Positions 36,698-45,388 of a stretch of DNA of 64,000 nucleotides are shown one piece after another. Where the stretch lies: the IMG/VR virus record IMGVR_UViG_3300031774_000002; one strand, written 5' to 3'. How positions within the stretch are numbered: the first letter of the stretch is position 1; each line of letters opens with the position of its first letter. The position numbers and the translations under genes are program-made. The DNA comes from an uncultured virus (IMG/VR IMGVR_UViG_3300031774_000002). Taxonomy: Duplodnaviria > Heunggongvirae > Uroviricota > Caudoviricetes. The notes beneath the pieces were generated by a model that was given only the letters and a program-made list of their open reading frames with translations, was not told where the DNA came from and did no database searches.

Positions 36698-36705
36698 TAT
36701 TTATA
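36698..36705 (-). promoter_or_regulatory. T4-type late promoter TATAAATA
   Basis: exact consensus upstream of hsp20. Confidence 0.8.
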
Positions 36706-36711
36706 CTGACT

Positions 36712-37260
36712 CTACATAAGATTTTCAATAAAGCCAATAATTTTTTTCGTATCTTCAGGGACATTGTGTTCAAAAGCATGGACACATCCAGCTTCGCCCA
36801 TCAATATTTTTTCCCCAAACATATCTTCAATGTTAGCAACTTTCGTTACTCGCCCATTGATAAATGTTTCTGATTGATCAGAACCTCTATCAGCATAACG
36901 CTGTTCACGAACAGCATCATCTGTTTTTAATACTATAATTGTTAGATCATGCCCTGCTCTCTTCACAGCCTCAAAGAACTTAGAAGAAGTCAATCTGTCA
37001 CCCTCGAACACTACGACAGGTGATGGATTGTTTTCTAGGTATTCAATTGCCATTGGCTGTACTGCCATTGACAGTTTATCAGTACCAGCAAACACTTCTC
37101 CTTCATCATATTTACCAAACAAACGGATATCTCCAGAAACATAACCATCAAGCAACTTAACTGGAGTATCTTTAGTCCACTCTCGTTTTGACATCCACTC
37201 ACGCATAAGTGTTGTTTTTCCAGTTCCTGGAATTCCAATAATACCAATCACTTTACTCAT
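36712..37260 (-). CDS. P-loop kinase, putative 5-hydroxymethylpyrimidine-DNA kinase
   Basis: GIPGTGKT, GTDKLSMAVQP, FEGDRL; context next to TET/JBP and AADT genes. Confidence 0.75.
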   Translation of the reverse strand: MSKVIGIIGIPGTGKTTLMREWMSKREWTKDTPVKLLDGYVSGDIRLFGKYDEGEVFAGTDKLSMAVQPMAIEYLENNPSPVVVFEGDRLTSSKFFEAVKRAGHDLTIIVLKTDDAVREQRYADRGSDQSETFINGRVTKVANIEDMFGEKILMGEAGCVHAFEHNVPEDTKKIIGFIENLM

Positions 37261-38645
37261 GAAAAGAATCCTTCTAATGATGACTTTGTCACAACAGCTT
37301 CTGGATGATATTGCGATAACATTCCTTCACCGCCTTTCTGTTTCAGATAATCATACCACTCATCTTCAGCCCACATATTTGGCGAAACACCATTCCAAAA
37401 TTCTTTCCACAACTTGTGGTTCTTATTGAGTCTGCGATCATCAACATATTGTCTACGCAGTTTTTCATATTCCCAAGAACCAACCTCAAGCATTTTTTCA
37501 CGGAAGTAGCATACAAGAGATATGCGTTCCATTTCTTCAATAGTGGTTCCAGCAGGTGGTTTCAGTTCAGTGTTACCATGAATGCCACCATGATTATTGA
37601 TCAACAAAAGATCTCCTGGACGGATATTGATACCTACACGAAACTCTGGAAGGACAAGATAACCACCTTCCCAATTCTTTTCTTTAGCAACAACAGTAAG
37701 GTTTGAAAATCCTTCATTCAAATCACCAGCATCTCTGTGAGCTGCAGTTCTGAAGTTTTTATTTACAGTAATCGTAGTGAACGGTGTATCTTCACCAGCA
37801 ACACGAAAGCGTGGATCTAGCTTGCTTGCAGCTTCGTTTTGAATACCATAACGAATAGGTAAATGCTCCTTAAATTTGTCAGCTAATTGACGCATGAAAG
37901 GATAGCACTTCTCATAGACAGGATAGTTGTTCTCTGTATACGCAGTTGCTCGACCGTATGGAATACGAGGATATCGATCAAAGAATCCAGCAATACCTGA
38001 CAACACCATGTTAGCATATGTTGTCTCAGAGATATAGTTCTTTTGAGTTGCCTTTGCGTCTTTCTGAGCATCCTCTGCTGACATACCTTGCCATTCAGCA
38101 ACCTTGTCATTGAAGAATGATTCGTAATTATAACCACTATCAGTGATCTTAGATCTGATCCAAACTATACCACGAGATTCACCTGCTGTAATTGAAGCAT
38201 GTTTTGCTCTGATTCTTTCTACTGGATCAGTGTCATCTTCAAACAGAGAAACTTCACGCTCAGCAAAGTGCTTCATAATATCAAGCTGTTCTTCAGTTAC
38301 CCAATCACGACCGCCTTGCTTTGCTCCTTTTGGACCAGCAGCAAGACCACGATTTTGTGTAGGTAATGCAGCACCTAATAATCCTTCATAAGCACCGTGC
38401 TGTTGTTCTTCAGTAAAAACATTTTTGCGAAACTTAAAGATAATGTTATCTTCATTATTCTCACCACCAAACCCAGCAGGAGCATAGAAGTCAGTATCTT
38501 CTTCACAAATAAAATCCCAGTCAGTATCTTCCATATATTGACCGAGTTTGTGTTCACAATCATCCCAAAACTTGGCTGTAATGATTCTGACATTGTTTAC
38601 ATTATCTACCTTAACATCATACTTTTCGTTTATCACACCAATCAT
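37257..38645 (-). CDS. TET/JBP-like 2OG-Fe(II) dioxygenase
   Basis: FTTITVNKNFRTAAHRDAGD (HxD), GDLLL...IHGNT (distal H), RISLVCYFRE (2OG-binding R). Confidence 0.8.
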   Translation of the reverse strand: MIGVINEKYDVKVDNVNNVRIITAKFWDDCEHKLGQYMEDTDWDFICEEDTDFYAPAGFGGENNEDNIIFKFRKNVFTEEQQHGAYEGLLGAALPTQNRGLAAGPKGAKQGGRDWVTEEQLDIMKHFAEREVSLFEDDTDPVERIRAKHASITAGESRGIVWIRSKITDSGYNYESFFNDKVAEWQGMSAEDAQKDAKATQKNYISETTYANMVLSGIAGFFDRYPRIPYGRATAYTENNYPVYEKCYPFMRQLADKFKEHLPIRYGIQNEAASKLDPRFRVAGEDTPFTTITVNKNFRTAAHRDAGDLNEGFSNLTVVAKEKNWEGGYLVLPEFRVGINIRPGDLLLINNHGGIHGNTELKPPAGTTIEEMERISLVCYFREKMLEVGSWEYEKLRRQYVDDRRLNKNHKLWKEFWNGVSPNMWAEDEWYDYLKQKGGEGMLSQYHPEAVVTKSSLEGFFS

Positions 38646-39652
38646 ATCATAAATCTCTCTATTCCAACATTACTCATTTCATTTGTAAAAGTATTCATAT
38701 GGTCTATCTTCCCAGTGTCTAGGAATATCTCCATTTTACTCTTACTTATCGAATTAGTCAAGTATTCATTTCTCAATGTCTCTTTTCTAGCATCCCACAT
38801 GGGTGTCCAGTCAATACCATCCCATCCATCTCTCTCCACTTGCTTTATTTCTTCAGCTTGTCTGTCAATATAATAACCAAGATAACGACCTCTACTCTTG
38901 CGAAACAGTTTCTTAAATGAACACAGTGCTGTTTCCATAGCAAAAAAGTCTGCTTTGCTCTCAGCATTTGGGTGTGTGCGTTTTACATCTTCGAGTATTT
39001 TCTTTCCTTCTCCTTCCATCCATTGTATTTGATCATCTTCGAGCTTTTTATTCACCCAATCATCTTTACCTAAAGCATAACAAAGACCATTCCGATGAGA
39101 TCGAGATCCAGAATAGTCATGTAACCATAGACTTGGAACATCAACATTGAGACCAGCACACTGCTTTAGAGTTTGGATATAAAACCAAGATGTGTATCTT
39201 CCGAACTTGTGTAATGAAGTTACAGAATCCCAAACTTTTTGGAAGTTTTGATATTTGTCGCCACGACATAACTCTTCAAATGCATCTTCTTGTTTCCTAC
39301 CACCAACCCATTCTTTATAGGAAACAAATTGATCAGCAAGATGACCTTTATTCCATTTTGTATCTGTTTGATATCTGAGACGCGAATAGTTTTCATTGTT
39401 CCATTCACGCAAACGATCAACACCAACCAACTCCATATCAGGGAACTCATTCCAGATAAGGTATGCTGTTGGGAAGTTGTATGTTGTTCCATATAACCAA
39501 CAGAGCCATAACTTCTGTTCTGTGTTATATTCAAACCGATCAAAGAAGTAATTTGTGAGATACAATGCTGAGTCACAATCTTCTATCTCAAGACTCCACT
39601 TAAACCAGTTGACAAATGCTTGTCTACGATGTTCACTTAATCTATAATCCAC
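38642..39652 (-). CDS. aG/PT-PPlase family (amino acid:DNA transferase, HhH-glycosylase-like fold)
   Basis: WLCWLYG, YQTD, KFGRYTSWFY, ETALCSFKK, RYLGYY. Confidence 0.75.
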   Translation of the reverse strand: MDYRLSEHRRQAFVNWFKWSLEIEDCDSALYLTNYFFDRFEYNTEQKLWLCWLYGTTYNFPTAYLIWNEFPDMELVGVDRLREWNNENYSRLRYQTDTKWNKGHLADQFVSYKEWVGGRKQEDAFEELCRGDKYQNFQKVWDSVTSLHKFGRYTSWFYIQTLKQCAGLNVDVPSLWLHDYSGSRSHRNGLCYALGKDDWVNKKLEDDQIQWMEGEGKKILEDVKRTHPNAESKADFFAMETALCSFKKLFRKSRGRYLGYYIDRQAEEIKQVERDGWDGIDWTPMWDARKETLRNEYLTNSISKSKMEIFLDTGKIDHMNTFTNEMSNVGIERFMI

Positions 39653-40308
39653 TAAAAGAATTCCTCTAGAGTGTTTGGCTCATCACCTATTAATTTATCA
39701 CGCATCCAAAACTCTCCTACAGAAGAAATAGCTTCTTCTACAGTAGCAGTCTTTTTCTTACCAAAGCCATGAGACTCAAGCGATTCATCAAACAATTGTT
39801 TGATCACCTTTGGATCTTTAGGCAAAGCCAGATGCGGGACATTAATTGCTGTTGCCCTAAATGTGCACTGCTCCCTGATAGAAGGAAACAGTGGTTGATC
39901 AGAACGCAACGACCCAGTTGGATCAACAGCCCAAAATATCAAACCATTTCTTTTATGCCAAGTTATAGAAGATGGAGTGCAAGATATTTTCAAACGACTC
40001 ATGCCATTATTAAAAGCATCACTCATTACTCTTTCCCAGATAGCTGTAGCATATCCCTTTCCTTCATGACCTTGCCTAGTTACAATCTCATATAGATTAA
40101 TATATCTCGATCTTTGACTATAAGTAGCAAACACAAATGCAACCATTTCGCCATCAACCTCTAAGGCAAATGGCTTATTATCTTTTTCATAGTTTTTAAA
40201 ACGAAACCACAAACTGTGTGATGAATTGAGGAACTTTGTATTTTTTCCTTCAGGGGAGTTCTCAATGACTTTCTCAATCATCTCTTGTGAACATCTTACT
40301 ATGCGCAT
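39652..40308 (-). CDS. GNAT acetyltransferase
   Basis: LYEIVTRQGHEGKGYA (acetyl-CoA motif A). Confidence 0.75.
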   Translation of the reverse strand: MRIVRCSQEMIEKVIENSPEGKNTKFLNSSHSLWFRFKNYEKDNKPFALEVDGEMVAFVFATYSQRSRYINLYEIVTRQGHEGKGYATAIWERVMSDAFNNGMSRLKISCTPSSITWHKRNGLIFWAVDPTGSLRSDQPLFPSIREQCTFRATAINVPHLALPKDPKVIKQLFDESLESHGFGKKKTATVEEAISSVGEFWMRDKLIGDEPNTLEEFF

Positions 40309-40991
40309 TGTAAGTCTCTCACTAATGCACCACCACGCAATGGAGAAGATTTCTCTAGCTTTCCATTGTATGTGTATGTTACATACATGTCTGTTCTTTG
40401 TTGATTTGTAATTGCACTTCTTTTTAGAATATCTTTTGTTGATGCGAATACAATACCATTATTTCGCTCACTATACCATAGTGGTCTTGCTTCATTTCTA
40501 AATCCAGTTAGACTCTTATCTTTTTTGATACGACAGACAGCCATACTTGATGGGTAAAAATCATTCAATGGATCATTACCAGCCTCATATGATTTCAATA
40601 TCAATTCACTGTCATTAGCTGTTTCAGTGTTATATTTCCACTTCTCTTTATCTTCTTGTGATATAACACCATTGTGAACAATACTTTGATCACCATTAGA
40701 GAAAGGTTGATTGTATCGAAGATCAGATGTTGAATAGCGAATATGACCAATAAGGTAGATACCACCATCCTCATTTATCATACTCTGAATTGGATATTTT
40801 GCGAGGAACTCATCACAAGGGATGCCCTCTTTTATCGTATATATCTTAGAATCTTTGACATATGATACACCAGTCGCATGTTTCCCTCTTATCATAGATT
40901 CGCGGAAAATACGCTCTACCAGTTTAACATTCTCAATACTACCACGACTGACAGAGGATCTCTCTAACCAAACGCCTATCACACCACACAT
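40299..40991 (-). CDS. stand-alone class II (Ntn) glutamine amidotransferase
   Basis: MCGVIG (Cys2 nucleophile), RG..ATG, GHIRYST, NQPF, HNG, DSE, RPLW. Confidence 0.85.
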   Translation of the reverse strand: MCGVIGVWLERSSVSRGSIENVKLVERIFRESMIRGKHATGVSYVKDSKIYTIKEGIPCDEFLAKYPIQSMINEDGGIYLIGHIRYSTSDLRYNQPFSNGDQSIVHNGVISQEDKEKWKYNTETANDSELILKSYEAGNDPLNDFYPSSMAVCRIKKDKSLTGFRNEARPLWYSERNNGIVFASTKDILKRSAITNQQRTDMYVTYTYNGKLEKSSPLRGGALVRDLQCA

Positions 40992-41019
40992 AATATACCC
41001 TTTATGTAAATAAACAGAT

Positions 41020-41048
41020 ATTATACATTATCAAATGTAATTTGTCAA
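41020..41048 (-). promoter_or_regulatory. consensus sigma70 promoter for the modification operon
   Basis: TTGACA-N17-TATAAT. Confidence 0.8.
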
Positions 41049-41564
41049 GTTCTTCTTTCTTAGCTTATCTAACTTCTTTTTCTGTTTCTTTGCCTTTTCA
41101 ACATGATATGATGATGCTTTGCTCAAGAAGTTAATCCCAATAAGGTGGTCATATTCGTGCTGAAAACACTTAGATGTAAAGTCAGTCAAATTTTTTGTTA
41201 TTGTGACACCGTTATAATTTGAGAATCTAGCTCTTATATTTACAGGTCTTTTTACTGGGATGAAGATTCCAGGAAAACTCAAACACCCTTCTTCTTCTGT
41301 CAAGACCTCATCAGAGTACCCAACAATCCTTGGATTGAACACTGGTAAGACATCATCTGGTTTAGCTGGTAATCCAATAACAAATACTGATAAATTTATT
41401 CCGCATTGGTTTGCTGCCAGACCAACACCGCTGTTTTCAAGCATTGTAGCCTTGAGCCTTTCAAACAATACAACTGGATCCATCTGTGGGTTTTGAAAAT
41501 CAAACTCTTGTGTTGGTGTTCTTAAACACTGATGTGAGCTTGATACTAATTTATATGGCTTCAT
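41031..41564 (-). CDS. def: peptide deformylase
   Basis: GVGLAANQ, EGCLS, QHEYDHL. Confidence 0.93.
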   Translation of the reverse strand: MKPYKLVSSSHQCLRTPTQEFDFQNPQMDPVVLFERLKATMLENSGVGLAANQCGINLSVFVIGLPAKPDDVLPVFNPRIVGYSDEVLTEEEGCLSFPGIFIPVKRPVNIRARFSNYNGVTITKNLTDFTSKCFQHEYDHLIGINFLSKASSYHVEKAKKQKKKLDKLRKKNLTNYI

Positions 41565-43276
41565 GCTGCTATCCTGCTAAATGATTTAAACTTCTCAAAG
41601 CGTATTTGACTGCGGAACTTATCAGTCAACACATCACCTTTGGTATGTGTGATAATAAAGACATTGGTGTCAGACATGTTGTTTAGTAGTTTAGTCAACT
41701 CATCTGTTCCAGTTAAGTCAAGAGAGTTATCAAACACCTCATCAAGTATCAATAGGTTGGTGTTAGTAGAGTTTTTTAATTTGGCTATTGCTCTCCATGT
41801 AAGTAGTAGAGCAATATCAATACGAGTCTTTTCACCCTCAGAGAAACTTGCATATGAAAACTCATCACGATGACGACTTTTGATTATCTCATTAAACTCC
41901 TCATCAAGCTCAAAGTTCACAAAGAAGTCTAGAGCTGATAGATACTTATTAACTAGCTTGTTCATAATAGGAACATACTGCTTAATTATTTTAGACTTGA
42001 TGCCACCGTCTTTCAGCATAGTTGAGGCAACCTCAAATAACGCTTTATCATCAGATAGATCTGACGCTTGCTTCTTGTAAACATTCAAGTCTTTCTTGAA
42101 TTGTTTAAGTTTACCACTAGAATCGCTGTCGGCAGTAGCCTGCTGTTCAGCCTCTTTGATCTTTTTCTCCACACCACTAATCTGTTTACCATACAAATTT
42201 ATCTGGGTCTGGCAATCGCGTATTTTATTCTGAACATCTTGTATCTCATACTGCACAGTGTTCATCTCGCTCAGTTCTTTGTGTAGAATATCATACTCTT
42301 CATTTAATTGTTCAACAGCTTCTTGCGTCTTGTGTAGTATCTTAGTAGTATCATCAACCTTCTGTTTCTTAACCTTCATGTCAATGATCTGTTCGCAAGT
42401 CGGGCAGTTATCATTCTTCTCATAAAACTTAATTCGCTTCTTAGCTTTTGATGACTTATCTTCCAGCTTATCAAGAAGTGATGTAATCTTATTTGACTTA
42501 GCTTCAAACTTCCCTTTGTGAGAGATTGAATCAATCAGAGTGTCAACTGTCATGGTAAGAGCAATACAAAGATTGTCAGCATCCTGCTTTGATTCAACAT
42601 AACCTTGTGCCTCTTCTTTTAAGGAGCTGATCAGCTTGTTAGCATCAGATGTGACCTTCTTCAAGTAGTCTTGCTGTATATCTATTTTCTCTTGAGTTAT
42701 GTCAAGCTGATATTGAATATCGGATATACTTCGCTTGTTCTCAGATACTCGCTCTTTCAATAGCATATTCATTGTTGAGAATATCTGGATATCTAGCAGG
42801 TCTTCAATAACTTCTCTGCGATCACGAGTAGACAGCTGCATGAATGGAGTGAATGAAGCATTACCCAAGATAACAATCTGAGTGAATGACTTGTAGTTCA
42901 ACTTTAGAATAGTGTTCTCTAGGATAAGCTGATAGTCTCTCGCATTTCCAGGTTGGTCAATCATCTTACCATTCTTGTATATCTCAAAGAATGCTGGCTT
43001 CATACCTCTACGAACTTTATATCCAACTGTACCAATAGAAAACTCAATAGAAACCTCACAACCCTTTTCATTGATGCTGTTACAAAGCAATGCCTTATTG
43101 ACTTTGCGGAATGGCTTATTGAATAGTACAAAGGTCAGTGCATCCAGTATAGTCGACTTCCCAGCACCGTTTTCTCCAGTTATAACTGTGCTTGGAGAAC
43201 GATTCAACTGTATTTCAGTCGCCACATTACCTGTGCTCAGGAAATTTTTATAAGATAACTTCTTGAATTCAATCAT
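41561..43276 (-). CDS. gp46: recombination endonuclease ATPase subunit (Rad50/SbcC-like)
   Basis: GENGAGKS, CPTC hook, FSEGE, LILDE. Confidence 0.95.
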   Translation of the reverse strand: MIEFKKLSYKNFLSTGNVATEIQLNRSPSTVITGENGAGKSTILDALTFVLFNKPFRKVNKALLCNSINEKGCEVSIEFSIGTVGYKVRRGMKPAFFEIYKNGKMIDQPGNARDYQLILENTILKLNYKSFTQIVILGNASFTPFMQLSTRDRREVIEDLLDIQIFSTMNMLLKERVSENKRSISDIQYQLDITQEKIDIQQDYLKKVTSDANKLISSLKEEAQGYVESKQDADNLCIALTMTVDTLIDSISHKGKFEAKSNKITSLLDKLEDKSSKAKKRIKFYEKNDNCPTCEQIIDMKVKKQKVDDTTKILHKTQEAVEQLNEEYDILHKELSEMNTVQYEIQDVQNKIRDCQTQINLYGKQISGVEKKIKEAEQQATADSDSSGKLKQFKKDLNVYKKQASDLSDDKALFEVASTMLKDGGIKSKIIKQYVPIMNKLVNKYLSALDFFVNFELDEEFNEIIKSRHRDEFSYASFSEGEKTRIDIALLLTWRAIAKLKNSTNTNLLILDEVFDNSLDLTGTDELTKLLNNMSDTNVFIITHTKGDVLTDKFRSQIRFEKFKSFSRIAA

Positions 43277-43286
43277 AAAATATAAA

Positions 43287-44345
43287 TTACTCTATTGTAA
43301 GGGATTCATTATATAACGAACGGAGCAGAGAGTCAAGCCTTTCCTTTGGAACAGTGTCTGGCAATCCACTAACATACTTTGAGAGTATTGTCATGGTATC
43401 TTCAGCTTCATTAACTATATCCTCATCATCCTCTAGATTCAGATTCATATGATCATCTACAATCTGAATGTTCAATGGATCAACTTTATATAGCTTATCC
43501 ATGTAAAGATCAAACCAATATGGGTTGTCACACTTTTGCTTGATGACTTTAACATATGTGTTTCTGAAACCTTCAAAATCAACATCAAGGATTTCATCCA
43601 TAGTCTTGCCAGACTCATTATAAAATAGCTTGTGAAACATAGAATATGGATTGCGGATAAACTCTAGATCACGAGTGTCAGTGTCATAGATATGAAAACC
43701 TTTCACATCACCATAATCAGCCCATGTTAGTTCATATGGACACCCAAGATATTCTATGTTTTTAGTGGTAGATTTATGATGGAAGTGACCAGAGCAAACA
43801 AGATCAAACTTAGAAAAATCTGAGATCTTCATGCCGTGTTCATTCATGTTACCGCGATCCATCAAACATCCAGCAATCTCTAAGTGACCAAACAATACTT
43901 GTGCTGGAGTATCTTCCATAGCTTGTATTGCTGCTGAATAATTTTGATTGTTTATCCATGGCATGATATGAATATCATGACCGTCAAAGTTTAGGTCGGT
44001 TGGATCTGAATAGTAATTCACATTACTTTTATCAAACAACTCACGCATGGAATTTACATCGTTGGTGTTCTTATACGGAACATCGTGATTACCAACTATG
44101 ACATGAAGCTCAATACCTTCCTCTGTGCACTTGTCAATGAACATCTCTTTCATTCTACGAAGTGTAACATAGTTGATATATTTGCGTCTATCAACAATAT
44201 CACCCAAATGAATGATTGTGTCAATACCTTGCTCTTTCAAGTGAGGAAAGAAATGTTTGCTATAAAACTTCTCGAAGTAATCTAAGAAGTTCACATTATC
44301 GTTACGAATACCAAAGTGTGTGTCTGTTACTAAACCTATCTTCAT
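43287..44345 (-). CDS. gp47: recombination endonuclease nuclease subunit (Mre11/SbcD-like)
   Basis: TDTHFG, LGDIVD, GNHD, GHFH. Confidence 0.95.
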   Translation of the reverse strand: MKIGLVTDTHFGIRNDNVNFLDYFEKFYSKHFFPHLKEQGIDTIIHLGDIVDRRKYINYVTLRRMKEMFIDKCTEEGIELHVIVGNHDVPYKNTNDVNSMRELFDKSNVNYYSDPTDLNFDGHDIHIMPWINNQNYSAAIQAMEDTPAQVLFGHLEIAGCLMDRGNMNEHGMKISDFSKFDLVCSGHFHHKSTTKNIEYLGCPYELTWADYGDVKGFHIYDTDTRDLEFIRNPYSMFHKLFYNESGKTMDEILDVDFEGFRNTYVKVIKQKCDNPYWFDLYMDKLYKVDPLNIQIVDDHMNLNLEDDEDIVNEAEDTMTILSKYVSGLPDTVPKERLDSLLRSLYNESLTIE

Positions 44346-44378
44346 GTGATAATATACCCTTTGACTGGCAGATGGTTA

Positions 44379-44407
44379 ATTATACTACAATTCAATACAA
44401 GTGTCAA
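44379..44407 (-). promoter_or_regulatory. consensus sigma70 promoter for gp47
   Basis: TTGACA-N17-TATAAT. Confidence 0.8.
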
Positions 44408-44961
44408 GCAGAGTCCTTAGAGACCTTTTTCTTCACTTTTCTGCGTTTATTAGCTTCAAAGTCTTCAACAAACCGAGCCATATACTCTTCAGTCCATTCA
44501 CTATACTTCATATCATCATTATAGTCTTTACCACCATCGTGTTCTTGTCGATCTGATGTGTCACCTACCACATTGGTGTGTTCAGCATATTTAATTTTGA
44601 CATAGAGATTCTTTTTCTCTTTCTGAATTCTACGAAGAAACGCATAGTAGATAATCTGAGTAAAATAGGCAAATGGATTGTTTGACTTCTCAGGGTTAAA
44701 GTTGTCAATATATTGTAAACAGTTTTCAATACCATCGCAGATCATTTCATCGCGAAAAGTATAGTTCACAAAGTTTGGTTTATATGACAAGTGGGTGGCG
44801 ATCTTCATGATGCATTCAGCAATATAATTAGGAACAACAGGTCTTGGATCACCAGCTTCCTTTGCTTCCATTACACTCTGGCGAAATTCAGTCATCGCCC
44901 CCAGAAACTTTTTATTGTCTACATAATATGGCTTTTTCTTCGCTTCTTTGCTCTTACTCAT
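44404..44961 (-). CDS. gp55: late-transcription sigma factor
   Basis: YVDNK, NFVNYTFRDEMICDGIENC, NPFAYFTQI. Confidence 0.95.
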   Translation of the reverse strand: MSKSKEAKKKPYYVDNKKFLGAMTEFRQSVMEAKEAGDPRPVVPNYIAECIMKIATHLSYKPNFVNYTFRDEMICDGIENCLQYIDNFNPEKSNNPFAYFTQIIYYAFLRRIQKEKKNLYVKIKYAEHTNVVGDTSDRQEHDGGKDYNDDMKYSEWTEEYMARFVEDFEANKRRKVKKKVSKDSA

Positions 44962-44968
44962 AATCCCC

Positions 44969-45388
44969 TCAATGCATTGATGTATTTGCTGATAAATGAT
45001 AGACATTATCTATCTGTTTTGGTTTATCATCTATAATTTTTAATTTCTTCAACAGCTCATCTATTTCTTGTGCTGTCATCGAATCCTTCTTACTATTAAA
45101 AAAAGTGCCACCATCTTCCCTCATCGCCCTTAAACAGTTATCATAATATTCAACCATATCATCATCAACATCTACTGTTACTAGGATAGTAGATTGTTTT
45201 AAGTGAAGCAAGTTTACTGCTTTAGTTAATGGAACCCATATTGTAGATATACAAACTGGCGATGCTCCTGTCCTAGACTGTATGATCATTTGAACTGGAT
45301 CTATAATATGTAGATGAGTTTCATCTTCATGTGTAACTTCTGCTATTAGTGTATCACCATTCACCAGCTTAATAATCTTAATGCTCAT
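44969..45388 (-). CDS. hypothetical protein, Sm-like N-terminus
   Basis: IKIIKLVNGDTLIAEV...IIDP; usual position between uvsW and gp55. Confidence 0.6.
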   Translation of the reverse strand: MSIKIIKLVNGDTLIAEVTHEDETHLHIIDPVQMIIQSRTGASPVCISTIWVPLTKAVNLLHLKQSTILVTVDVDDDMVEYYDNCLRAMREDGGTFFNSKKDSMTAQEIDELLKKLKIIDDKPKQIDNVYHLSANTSMH

